A stretch of 64,000 bases of DNA, from assembly GCA_977030845.1 (NCBI GenBank), contig OZ365118.1, positions 10,540,001 through 10,604,000 of the forward strand. Reading direction: 5' to 3'. Source of the DNA: Fimbriosthenelais zetlandica (Eukaryota). The position numbers and the translations under genes were made by a program. Below, one piece after another: positions 49,601 to 61,593 of the stretch (its first letter is position 1; each line of letters opens with the position of its first letter). The notes under the pieces are model-generated. The model was not told the DNA's origin. It made no database searches and saw nothing but the letters and a program-made list of their open reading frames with translations.

Positions 49601-51508
49601 ATAGGGGATTATCCCCCTTTCCCATCCACAGCGTGGGATAAGCCTTAATACCTTAGATCCCCCAGGCTTGTCCTCTTCCCGTTCCCAGATCCCAGAAAAC
49701 ATATATGGTGGCAGATAGAGACATCGATCCTGGCCAATAATGGGGCGCTAATTGGTACTGAATGTGCATCTTTTCGTCGATAAGCCTAGAGTTTATAGCC
49801 CTTGGGTGAGAAATCTCATCCGTCTTCTTTTACAATGATGCTAAGCTACAGGATCTGGGGGCGGGAGTGGGGTGTGGGGTGTTGGAGAGTGTGGGATGCT
49901 TCATGAATACTTCATGTAAGGAGCTATTTTAAGGGTCGCCATTACATTGTCATGGTTATCAGAAGGGCTGTAATAAAACTCAGGTGGTTCGGCTCGAGAC
50001 AGCCGTGTTCCTTCTCTTTTCCTTCTAAACAAGGATTTGTTTGTATTTTGGGGAAGAGACTGTTGGGTATTGGAGGAAGGCAATGAAGGATTTTTAAAAG
50101 AGGAAGGTCTGGGGATATCTAACCTTTGAAGACCTTGAATTGAAACTACACCTGAGTGAAAGTACAATATGTTTAGTTCGAAAGGGATTCTTCAATGAAT
50201 GAAGGATGGACAAATAACAGAAGGAACGAGTCAATTTATATGTTTGTGTGCATTTTGACATCCTGGTTCCTTGCCTACATTATTACTACAAAACATCATG
50301 GAAACAGCATGACACGCACTGACAAAAGAGTGGTATTTTCATAATGATGATAGAAGCTAGCTCTTCCACGAAAATAAGGACGACTTCTGGGAGGTTTTTG
50401 GATGTTCATAATGAGGTGTTTTCGGAGTGAAATGCAGTCGGTCACGTAGAATAATTGGAACATAGTTTGTTCCTATGGTCCTATATGGGACATATTTGTT
50501 CCTTGAATAATATTATTCGCAGATGACGGTAGGTATCGTGCAATAACCTGTTGGTCTTTTCAGTGGGGACCGCAGGGAAGAAGTGAAAAGAAGCAAAAAC
50601 AAATCCACTTCAAATTCATACCAGTTTCAAGAGATTTCTTAAGGAAAGAAAGACATTTACTAAAGTGATCTGTACATAAGACATGAGCAAGAAGGAAGTG
50701 ACTTGGAGCAAATGGCCTGAAATGGCACTTAAGCTCAGTTACATTTCCCATTGGTCAAAAAACAGCCAATAGGAATGCGACCCACGCTTCTGTTCATGGT
50801 TGTGAACTTGCAGACACAGTGGAAAGGAACATCCATTGAAAAAAATAAGGGTCAAATTTCAAATTTCCAAATTTGAATTACAGATCCATTTTGTTATAGA
50901 CAGATTGCTGGAGCTTGTGCAAAAAATGGTTTTATAATTAAAATGCTTGAGCAGAGTATATGTTTATACTTTGTTCCGATTTGAGTAATATTTTGAAAGT
51001 GTAGGCCACCAAATCATTTGGGCGATACGGTATATTATTGTGGAAAGCCTTTTCAGCACATTTCCGGCGTGGACTGGAAACAAGACTGACTGAATTGCCA
51101 AATTCTCAAGAGGGAACAGTCTAGTAATGACCCTTTCCTCTTGAATATGGACAACAGAGTCCGGTCGACTTTTAAACAAGGGGTGACAGCACAATTCATC
51201 ACAAATGCCAGAAGTGTTACACAGTTTCCCATTCATAACTATAACTCAATGTTAACTAATCTGCCGTATAAGTTCCTCTCTGGGGATAGAGAACTTTGTC
51301 GTGTCTATTTTTCACCATCAAAATGGATAGAAATGAATAAGATTGAATCACTTGGTTTTCCCTTTTCGTTATATTATCTCATAATTATTAATATTGACGA
51401 TCTAACTTGAGATTTGGCCATTTTATACTTGATGAATTCATTTGATACCTATCCGTTTTATATCTCAAATTCCCTTCATCAAACTGTCAGCTCTCTATGC
51501 CCTATGTT

Positions 51509-51680
51509 CATAGACTGGGGAACATGACTGGCCGTTTACAAGCCTCTCACCATAGACTGGGGAACATGACTGGTCTTTTACAAGCCTCTCACCATAGACT
51601 GGGGAACATGACTGGTCTTTTACAAGCCTCTCACCATTAACAACGGGAGATAAGGCTGACCTTTGATGACCTGGTTAGCA
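51509..51680 (+). repeat. Family D copy whose 5' part is expanded to a 42-bp x3 minisatellite
   Basis: CATAGACTGGGGAACATGACTGGTCTTTTACAAGCCTCTCAC x3 (51509-51634), then GGCTGACCTTTGATGACCTGGTTAGCAG. Confidence 0.9.
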
Positions 51681-53241
51681 GAACTGTGGGCAACAGTACT
51701 AGTAGAATTACTTTCAAGTCAAACAACACAACTATAGCTTTTCTGGACAGCTCTGAGCTCCAGTTCTAATAAGGGACATCCCTTCTGTCTCCCCTGTCTC
51801 TTAACGTCACAGATAGCGCCACATGTGTCCAGGGTAATCTTCTTATTTGCATTTGGGACAATAAGACATTCTCGTGTACAGATTCGGCTTCCACACGCAA
51901 CTTTCTTCCTCCACTAAATTGCTTCCGTTTACAATAGCAGGGCAAGACTGGGACCTGAGAGGTTTCCTTTCAATTAAGCTTGCTAGGGTATACAAGCAGG
52001 AGGGTTGCCTAATTGGAATTCTGGTCGCGTGGTGGGTTAGAATACAGGATGTGAGATGGGTATACTGTGCCTAAATGTAATATTCTAAACTGACGGAAAC
52101 ATGGTAGGTCCATTACACGTAAGAGCAGGGTATGTTTTCAAGAAAATTATTTAGGGACACTCTTCGCTCGACTTAAAAACAAGGCTAGATCCGAATTGTT
52201 CTAAAGGTTCCCTTTGTAATCTCACCTTCAAGATGCAATTTCTAAAACTTCAACTGCTTTCAGAATCATTTTTATGAAATGAACCTTGGATTGAAATGTT
52301 CTTAGTCAGTTTCAGTTGAACTGCTCAGAAATGTATCATAAAAACCCAACTAACTGCGACAACTTAAGACTGATGTTTTTGCATATGATTGCCACAGTTA
52401 ATGGAGGAATGCAATAAACACGATTTTTTAAAGCTGTTCGCTTTCTTCCTTTCCTCTCCACAACAGCAAAAGCTGTTGATTTGTAACAAAAAAAAAAGAT
52501 ATCTAATAACTGAAGAGACAAACAAAAGAACAGAGCTGAAAGGCATTACTGTAATTGTTACTGGTATTGTTACAGTATATAATGGGGATTACATTCTAGT
52601 AATCTGTCTTTATTTGTTTTCAATAGATTTCTATTCAAGCCCATATATACTAGAAGCACACGGGGATTAATTACATTGCTAACAAAACCTAGGAGCAACA
52701 GTTATTTCACAAACGTTGCAAAAGGATATTCATTCAAAATGTCAGTACAAAAGCTCCTATCTCTAGGTGCCACCTTTCACTTTTGACAAGTCCTGCAACG
52801 CAGATATCAAGAGAAGTAATGATAAATGTATTGACCAACATAATGAACATAGCCATCTTTCTCCTGAACGAGTCTCCAGTTCCATCCCTGATCACCAAAA
52901 TTGAATAATTAACTTTTAAACTCTGAAATTATTCCATAATCACTAAATCCAGTCAGGAGGGCCTGCGGATCGTGACCTGGGGGAATGCTCGGGCTCTAAC
53001 CTGGCCTGGGGGTATTAATTGGCCACATTCCGGCCTGGGGAATCACGTGCTGGCCTCAGTTGATTCAGTGATCAATCATGAGGAGGGGGCGTGGAGAGGA
53101 ATAGTTGTACTGAAACGTCAGGGGAAGGGACAGAGAAAGAGTGGCTGCAACGAGGTTTAGTTAAGGCATTAAGCAACACATAACCTGGGCTAAGAAATGT
53201 GCAACAGGAAATGATATACATGTACATGTATGTATGCCTAA

Positions 53242-53450
53242 AGCCTGGAATACACTAATCATATTCTCCAATCCGTCGCCATCAGAATCCCCATTTCGAA
53301 TGGCATCAAATGATTGCAATTTTGTCAGAGGTTAGCCTATGTGTAAAGGTCTGTTCAAATTACAAGGATTAGGTGTGAATTGAAATATAATAGTTTCGGG
53401 CACCTATCGGATGAAGTCGGATAGAGAATCGGATTAGTCTGCTTCAGGCT
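53242..53450. mobile_element. MITE family B copy (209 bp, variant termini)
   Basis: CTAA|AGCCTGGAATACACTAATCATATTCTCCAATCCGTCGCC...GATAGAGAATCGGATTAGTCTGCTTCAGGCT|TCAA. Confidence 0.75.
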
Positions 53451-54736
53451 TCAAGCTTTATCACAGACCTAGGGCAATATGTGTAAAGAGAAACATAATG
53501 TCAGCCCACCTAATCAGCCTGATATACCTTATTATATATATCTTGAACCACCAACTTCTTCATCCCAAACTAGCTCCTACGGACAGAAAAACTGTCCTTT
53601 CATTTTAACTCGTCTTTCTTCTCAATGTGAAGAAAGGATACTGACGACAATATTTCACTTTAATGAAGACTGGAGCCTCAGATCATGACATGAAATCTGT
53701 GCTGGATGGATAAAGGACAGCACAAAAGATGAGGGCAGATACTGAGAGAAGATATTGTCTTGTTGTCTTAAATACACTCGCGGCATTTTGTATCTTTGAC
53801 TGTCATTTTTCGTTTCTCTTTCAGAATCTCTATTTTTCTTCCACAATAATTGAATTCCTTCAACGTTCCAGCATTAATACCTACCCCCGTCCCCAACAAA
53901 CAAAAGAGGAGGTAATTAAAATTTCAACTCATAAGATGTCATTTTGGACCAGCTTGAAATTCTCAAGCAAGCATTATAAGATGCTGAAAGCTTCGTTAGA
54001 AAGGCTTATGTTTCATCCAATGAGTGAAAACGTTGGAAATAATAAGAAGTGTGTGCGATAAATAAATTAATATCTTCAGTCGTTTTTTGCATCAAATATG
54101 CAAAACGATTGTGAAGGAAATCTTCTAAAAACTATCTAAAATCATATAAATGAAGAGTGAGACTGAACCTGATTGAACAGTGATGAATTTACTGATAATA
54201 TTCATGTCACATCTGGTGTGGGACAGTATCTAGGCATCCGAATGCCGTCATTGTGTTTTGTGTTTTCATGTAAACAAACACAATCTCGTCCAACTTTTAT
54301 CAGTCAAATACTCCAATAGGTAAGCGATACATCACTGTTTTAACTACACACATATTGTTCACTTTCATTGTTGATATTAGCCAACAAAGTAGCCACCAAG
54401 ACTTCTGTTATATCACCTTTAATGAACCAAAAATGCATAATATTTATTGTTGGCAGGTCATTTTCCACTGGGCTACAGCACAATTGACAAACAACAATAT
54501 TAACTAGCCCAAGCCAGGAAGTACCTATAAAAGACAAGGTAACGATGGCCAACCCAAATTACAAGGGGAAGATATATGCTAGTGGTAAGCCAGGCCATTG
54601 ATCCTCACTGTCTCTACCTAATGCAACACAATCAAGGCAGGCCACAGCTCTACAAAACCCTCCATAAAACAAGATGGTCTAGAGGTGGCGAGGATAGACG
54701 GCTATAACCTGTCTACAAAATAGCTTCCCTTACATA

Positions 54737-54826
54737 CACAATCACCAAAAATTAGTCCCGACTTTCAAATGAGTACTTTTTTCATCAATTCAGAATAAAG
54801 TACAAACTTTCACTGTTGCAACAACC
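54737..54826. mobile_element. MITE family A left-half fragment
   Basis: TA|CACAATCACCAAAAATTAG...AACTTTCACTGTTGCAAC; no right terminus seen. Confidence 0.55.
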
Positions 54827-55464
54827 CACAGGGGTCTATTCGTATTCAGCCAGAATGATTTGACTACCGTTTCACCTCAATCTTACTATGAATCAAGGCT
54901 TATTATATGCATAATTCTCCATTGCTAGATGAAATTCAAAGTTAACAGGCATTCAAGTAAGCTTTACTTCCATCCACTGCACTCTTTCACATATAATTCA
55001 TTTTCAAACCAATCAAAGCAATGCACGTCCTTAGATCAAATAGCAATACATGTTATACGCCAAATAGTCTATAACATAAAAATAGGGTTTAGGGTTATTA
55101 TAGGCAGTGGCTGTCCATGATCTTCATGGATGAATTCATGAATGGAAACAAAAGGAGGATTCATGGAGGACTAGGCCTGTGACGGGCTGCTATGTGTTCT
55201 TATTAGGTTACTGGATAATTAGGACAATATCTCCATGATATGACACTATTAACGACCCCATGCCATGGTCTATATCATGGCATAATAGAATGACTAGAGC
55301 CTACAACACTGCCACCGACATTATTTGGACATTTTCTTTAATGTTAGAGATAAATCTCCATTGAAATGAAACCAATTTAGCCAATTATACCAAAAAATGT
55401 CACTGTTAAAACATCTTACTGGGACTTTTTCAGATACGGATAATTTCAACGTTGATAGGTTTAA

Positions 55465-55580
55465 AATATGCCAGGAAAATGGCTCAGTTTATATGAGGCA
55501 GATCCCAGTGTTAAGTAAATGGACCATTGGACATGGGCTCCTGAGTTCCATGTCAAGAAAATGGCTCAGTGGACATGGAA
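55465..55580. mobile_element. MITE family C right-end fragments (two in tandem)
   Basis: GAAAATGGCTCAGTTTATATG and CAAGAAAATGGCTCAGTGGACATGG; further half copies at about 12800-12860, 33460-33520, 35110-35160, 40960-41030, 58436-58470. Confidence 0.6.
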
Positions 55581-57329
55581 CAGCTTTAAACTGCAGGCAG
55601 AAACCATGAAAGTCTCCAATTGAACAGTCCGAGCTAAGTAAACTTTCAACCGCTAAATTGAACTTTTGGAATCCATCCTTTCCATCTCTTGATTTCCCCT
55701 CTTTCATCATTTTCTTTTACAAAGATTTCAGCTGCATGTGTCACACCCTGGTGGATCGCTCCTTTCGTCCGAATAAGAATCTACAGTTGTGGTTTGGATA
55801 GCAGTATACCATCCATCACCCAGCCCCAGGCTATACAGCCCGTCCTCACTGTGTTTGAGGAAGGATTCTTGGTAAACGATCTATGGAGGCAGACTGTGGT
55901 GGGGAGCTTGGAGGACTAGCAGTAATGTGAAAAAACATAAAAGGCAATTGCTGCCGGCTCCGGATTGATCCAGCGTGGCGAAACAAGCCATCTATCGATG
56001 ATTCACTAATGCTTTTACCTCACATATAATCAGGATGATGGTATTGACTGTCTGTTTATATGAACTCTGAATTAGGAACTGACAGAAATGACCTCCTGGG
56101 CAATGATTATGTAATTCAAACCAGATCCTCTGGCTCAAATATATTACTGGAAATATTGTGTACAAGTCTTTTAAAACAGGTACTTCATTATTTGTTTCTC
56201 AAATCAGAGCAAATTAATAATTTCACTGTAACAACATACTATGACCTTTTAATAATCAACCGGTCAGTTTATAAATTGAAACCTCCACCAGTGTATTAAA
56301 TTTTAATGAAAAGCTCACAGCCCGAAGATAATCATGATTTAGCAGATGTGCAAAACTCTTGGTCATAGCGTACATCCTTGTCACCAAAACTAGAAATAGG
56401 CATATATCCTGAAGCCGTGCTGCACAACCTTATCAAAAACCAAATCATAACTTGTCAGATTCAATTTAAAAATTCCCAACAAAATAAAATACCTGTGCCA
56501 GATTTAATAAGCCAATTCACACTCAAGAAACTCAGACTGTATCAAACTGATCGAGCAAAGCCTGCAACATGACAAAAGCTGCGCCGAAATTATGCGAGCA
56601 TGCAATTTAGACAATTATCCGGCTTGCACCTCGTCCATGCCTCTTCCTAATGGCATCCATCAGCATCTTAGCCCAACAGATTTTTTTCATTCACGTCGGA
56701 GATTGTCGCTGCATTGCGGAAAGCCAAATCTAAGTTCCTCATAAAGTGTTGTCAATGCAACCAGTGATAAGGGCTGTTTGCACAGGGCCGAGCGCGCAGA
56801 CGTGTGTGGTTTGAATTTAAATGGTGCATGGAAGGATCAACCGGTACTGGTTGATATCTTTGCATGTTACGTCATGTGAGGTTTAACAAGATTGTGATGA
56901 GGTGGCAGGATTTCTAGAGACTAAAGTTGCTGCGTCCACACTGAAACAATGAACGGCTAGGCGACAGATTCTATGGAATTTAAAGGACGAATCCACTTCC
57001 AAGCAGAGATCCTGTATAAACAAGACTTTAGTTGAGATGGGATGATCTGAAAACTGGTAGATATTAGTGTATATTGACTGGTAATAGAGCGCCTCTGAGC
57101 AAGTGGCTGTATGGCCCGCCTAGGAGAGGCTAAATATATTAGAAGGAAGCATAAATAATGGTGAGGTGATTCCCAACATTGCTCGTTTGGAGGCGCGTGC
57201 AAAATGAGATAACCTTGTCATATGGGAAGCGACACCTATCGGTGTTAAGCGAAAATGGCAGGCTTGGAGTGGATACTGAGGGAAGGAATGTATAATAAAT
57301 CAGAGGTAAATCTGATCAATGTTGCCTTC

Positions 57330-57475
57330 TTCAGCGGGGGGTGGGGGAGGGGGGAGATCAACAGAGGGGGTGAGTGAGAGAGTGTGAGAGAGAAAGGATG
57401 AGAGTTAGAAAGAGAGTTGAGAAAGAACAAAAATGAGACAGAAAGATTAAGAGAAGGAGTAACACATAGACAGGG

Positions 57476-57523
<48 letters not shown>

Positions 57524-57600
57524 GATGAGAGAGAGAAAGTGTTGATAAAGAACAAAACAGACACATAGAGATTAAGAGAGGGAGTGACACATAGACAGGG

Positions 57601-57652
<52 letters not shown>

Positions 57653-57700
57653 GAGAGGAACTGAACGAGAGACAGAACTAGGGATTGAGAGATATCAAAG
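57330..57700. repeat. GA-rich tract containing a ~125-bp duplication with (GA)n tails
   Basis: AAAGAACAAAA...GATTAAGAGA...GGAGT(A/G)ACACATAGACAGGGC(GA)n at about 57421 and 57546. Confidence 0.9.
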
Positions 57701-58570
57701 TGAAAGCCTTTCCCATTGGGTCTTGTGAATAAACACGACATGTGTAGATTGGGAGTGAGAGGTGATCTAAGTCCATGACAGCAGGCAGGGAAAGCCTCTC
57801 ACAATGTGTGGAGTGTCTTAGCATAATCTTGCAATTGGACACAGACTCTTGCCAGTAAACCAGTATTGCAGAAGATAAGATGAAACATATTCTAAATCCC
57901 TATTACATGTCTCTTGAGCCTTTTTCTTGATTTACCATACATACATACATCTTCAACATATCATCTCAATCAATTTGGATTAACATCTGGATCTAAATTC
58001 CCACATAAGAGGGATTGAAGATAAAATCTCTTTTAAAATCTTTATAAGATCAATCAACCCGACGAAGGAAGCCCCTACGATTAGACCGACCAGTAGGAGA
58101 AGCCAGGTGATTGGGCAACACAAAATTAGCTCATTCTTTAAGGCCTACCCCCGACCACCTCCTGATAATAAAGGGAAGCGAGCCTGGTGACTACATCTAG
58201 GGGTTAATTACCAGTACTGACCATTGAGGCATGGTAAATGGGACCCTTTATCACTGTCTGTATATGACCAGGTGAGAGCCAGCCTCTATCATGTGGCTCC
58301 CTCTGCTCAGAAGGTCATACTTCTTGTGTCCCTTTGCCCTTTGTGTTTGAAGGTCATGGGCTTTAGGTACCATGTCCTTTGGATGGATAAGATACAGCCT
58401 AGATAATGGACAGTGACCGACCTCCGGATTATGGCTCGTGTCCACTGAGCAGTTCTCTTAACGTATGTGTGGTTGGCCTGGCATTTTCGAAGTGAGTGAG
58501 TGAGTGAGAGAGCAATTTGTTGCTTAATATTCTGTCAGTATTTTCTTCAGAAAGACAACAATTTCGCAAG

Positions 58571-58630
58571 TTGTACAACTCAACATGTTGGAAACACAGC
58601 AAATTGTACAACTGAACACGTAGGAAACAC
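58571..58630. repeat. 33-bp direct duplication
   Basis: TTGTACAACTCAACATGTTGGAAACACAG / TTGTACAACTGAACACGTAGGAAACACAG. Confidence 0.85.
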
Positions 58631-58935
58631 AGTGTCGGCACCATTGAAGGTCCATGCGAGTTGATACTTTAGACCATGATTTCTAACTGCTTTCATGTTG
58701 TCAGTTTATTGCCCAGGCTGTTCGGAACATCAGGATGTTTGATGGAAATATAAACAATTTATATGTGAACGTTCAAATGGTAAAAGACCAAGATCTAAGA
58801 CCAAGATAAATCTCTATTCTACAGTCTACGTCCCTATACATAATTCCACCCACCAAGGGAGCAGAACTTCAATGAAAGGAGACATATTCATTGCGACAAA
58901 GATTGCCGCTACATACCTATAAGTTATATCATATA

Positions 58936-59068
58936 CAGTATCACCACAAATTTGTGTACACTATTGCACAAACTTACTTTGTTTAAGTAAATTGGCACAA
59001 AGTAACAACTTTCATCGTTACAACACCATATTTAACGTTCAAATTGTACAAATATTTTTGTGATACTG
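58936..59068. mobile_element. MITE family A copy (short, 133 bp)
   Basis: TA|CAGTATCACCACAAATTTGTGTACAC...TTGTACAAATATTTTTGTGATACTG|TA. Confidence 0.8.
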
Positions 59069-60135
59069 TAGCAGGCATATATATTCTCTGTCAGAACTAT
59101 TTTCCCATTCCCTTCAGAACATTGCTTCATAACATTATCTAGAGTAGAGTAGTGGGCTTTGCAAATCACAATATGAATTGAATTTCAGTAGTAGAGACAC
59201 GAAGCTCTACCTCTATATGTTACGCTCTCTCCATCCAGAGTTCCCGTAGGACACATTTTCATCTTATACTTTTATATCTTCATTGAGAAAGGCATAAAAA
59301 CACTGTGCTGTAATCGCATTGATCTACCGTCACCAACTCCTACAACCCACTAGAGAAAATGTTCTGAGGTAGACGACAATCAAGGTGGAAAATTCCAATA
59401 TAGCACAGTCTTCCTCAAATCTCTATAACAATGATTTGAAGAACCACTCAGATGTCTATATATAGCCGAGCAGGTCCTGCTTTCATCCCAATTAGCCTGA
59501 TCCGATTCCTGTTTGATCAATAAGGGCAGAATCCCATTTAGATTCAGGGCAGCCCGCTCCCTCCTTATTCCCACGAAATTGGTTTGATGATTCGATTGTG
59601 GAAGGATACTATTTGTAAAAGGTGCTTCGGTGCGGTGAATTAAAAATATTTTCTGAAAGTAACTCAGATATATTATGTTCAAAATGAAATCTCGGTAGAT
59701 TTAGTATTATATTGATTATCATGGTGAGGTGACAGCTAGGATATCTTGCTTCAACTTCATGTCCTGTCAAACTTGTACTGTATGACTAAAAGCTAACTGT
59801 GATTGTTTTATCATCAGTTAAGACTTTTAATACCCTCCCAGTTCTCTTTATGAATCGATACCAATTTTTGTTGCTTCACTGCCCAACTATTACATGTCTT
59901 CTTTTAGGTTATATCTAATTAAGCAAATAAACATATTTTAAGAACAATATCAAAACATTTGTTTGACATACACAAATCTGAGGAACTAAATATTGTTTTA
60001 TATACGGCTCACAATAAGGCTCTTCCATAACTAATTTAAAAAGAAAAAACAGCTATGTGTGGTATAGACACAGAGGAAATAAAGAAGCTTTGGTGAGAGT
60101 GAGAAAAGCCCCCACTTCCGCCCACCGTTTGAACA

Positions 60136-60276
60136 TTATCATTAGCACCATCGTCTGCTTGTAGGAGATAAGCCGCCTATCAGCCTTATCAGACCTGATG
60201 GTGCTAGATGGCCAAGCTGTCGTCTGAAGGCCCTCGCCAAAAGCTGTTCATTTGAATCAATCACTGGAGCTGATAA
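60136..60276. promoter_or_regulatory. GATA-site cluster
   Basis: Five WGATAR sites (60136, 60166, 60177, 60186, 60271) plus ATCAATCA at 60256. Confidence 0.45.
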
Positions 60277-61395
60277 GGTGTTGGCGAGGGAGGAAATGGT
60301 GCCTTCACCAAGCTAGCCTGACCTACCTCAAGCTGGTGGATGCTGGGGAGGGGATGCAGCAGGGGAAGGGGTTGGGGTTGGGATCTGCTAGGTTCAATAT
60401 GATTGCCATTGAAAGACGAATCTTGAAGAAGTGAAACCTGGGAAAGGATAGATAAGATTTGTAGAAGCCTGATAGCAATTTTCAGGGACTCATGGCAAAA
60501 TTCAGATTCTAAAATACAAATCTGATCATACTTGTTTTACTTTCTCTTTGATTTTAAGCATAAAACAATAAAATTGTAGTTTCAGAAGTTTCAAGAAAGC
60601 CACCAACGCCTGGAACCTGGACAAAACCATTGAAACATGACATAAAACTGGAGGGTATGAGCCACCTCTTGCCCCCCTTGTTAGTCAATGATTGGGAGAC
60701 ACCACTAAGCAGGCCTTGTAATGGGTGGGTGGTCCGGATGGAAATGGGTCAGTACTATGTGATTGCCTGGAAATGGCTTCTATTGCTGGTGGGACTCGGC
60801 TATTTCCCTGATTAAACTCACTAGATCTATATGATCAAATGGGCGAGCACCACCTTTTACAGTAATAATCTTTTTGTAGGCTATGCCCCAATTTCGCTTA
60901 TAAAGATCATCGCACACTGAGCCGATGGTAGCCAACCGATCATCAGATTTTGCAATTTGATTCAATTAATGTTTGGTCCGATCTCCAAGCACTAGATTCC
61001 AAGGACGCAGATAATTCAAAATTCACTAGGGGATTATCTCAGAAATTAAGTTTTTTCTTAATCCTGGGGAGCATATTCATGTGATCGGGAGGGTTTTCTT
61101 CACAAATAACACATACTATGTGACACTTTTCATAGCCATGTTCAGTAGATTTCCAATTAGAAATCTGTTGATTGTTTAAATAGGAACTACTGTTCATAAT
61201 AATGTCCCATACATACATGTATAGCAATTCCATTCACCCTACATTGAGCCTCGGAGCAGCCTCTTTGCAATTCATCATGAATGCACGATAGATAGTTCCA
61301 TTGGGTAAGCCATTGATGCGTGGTAAATCAGCGTAACGACTCAGGGATTATCCTACATGTTACATGAAGCATTGACACCTCGCATCTCTAATGTA

Positions 61396-61593
61396 CACTA
61401 TCATCAAAAATATTTGTACACTTTAAAAAAAGCAATTTGTTTAATCGAATCAAACTCACTTTCACCGTCCTCCCAGGACCTTTTCTTTAGAGAGACGTAT
61501 CCATTTTTATCTTGGTCTCTATTTTTGTCAATTAATATAAATGATAATGAATATCATGTTTTCAAATGGTACAAATAACTTTTGGTGATAGTG
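61396..61593. mobile_element. MITE family A copy
   Basis: TA|CACTATCATCAAAAATATTTGTACAC...GGTACAAATAACTTTTGGTGATAGTG|TA. Confidence 0.8.

Noticed and set aside
55745-55880. Minus-strand possible exon IVYQESFLKHSEDGLYSLGLGDGWYTAIQTTTVDSYSDERSDPPG
   Set aside because: Donor (GG|GTGTGA) is weak, no homology recognised, and it cannot be joined in frame to exon A, whose upstream part has stops.
7438-60263. Window-wide recurrence of TGATTGAT and GTGGGAA motifs
   Set aside because: Counts are close to rough chance expectation for this base composition; only locally clustered cases are reported.
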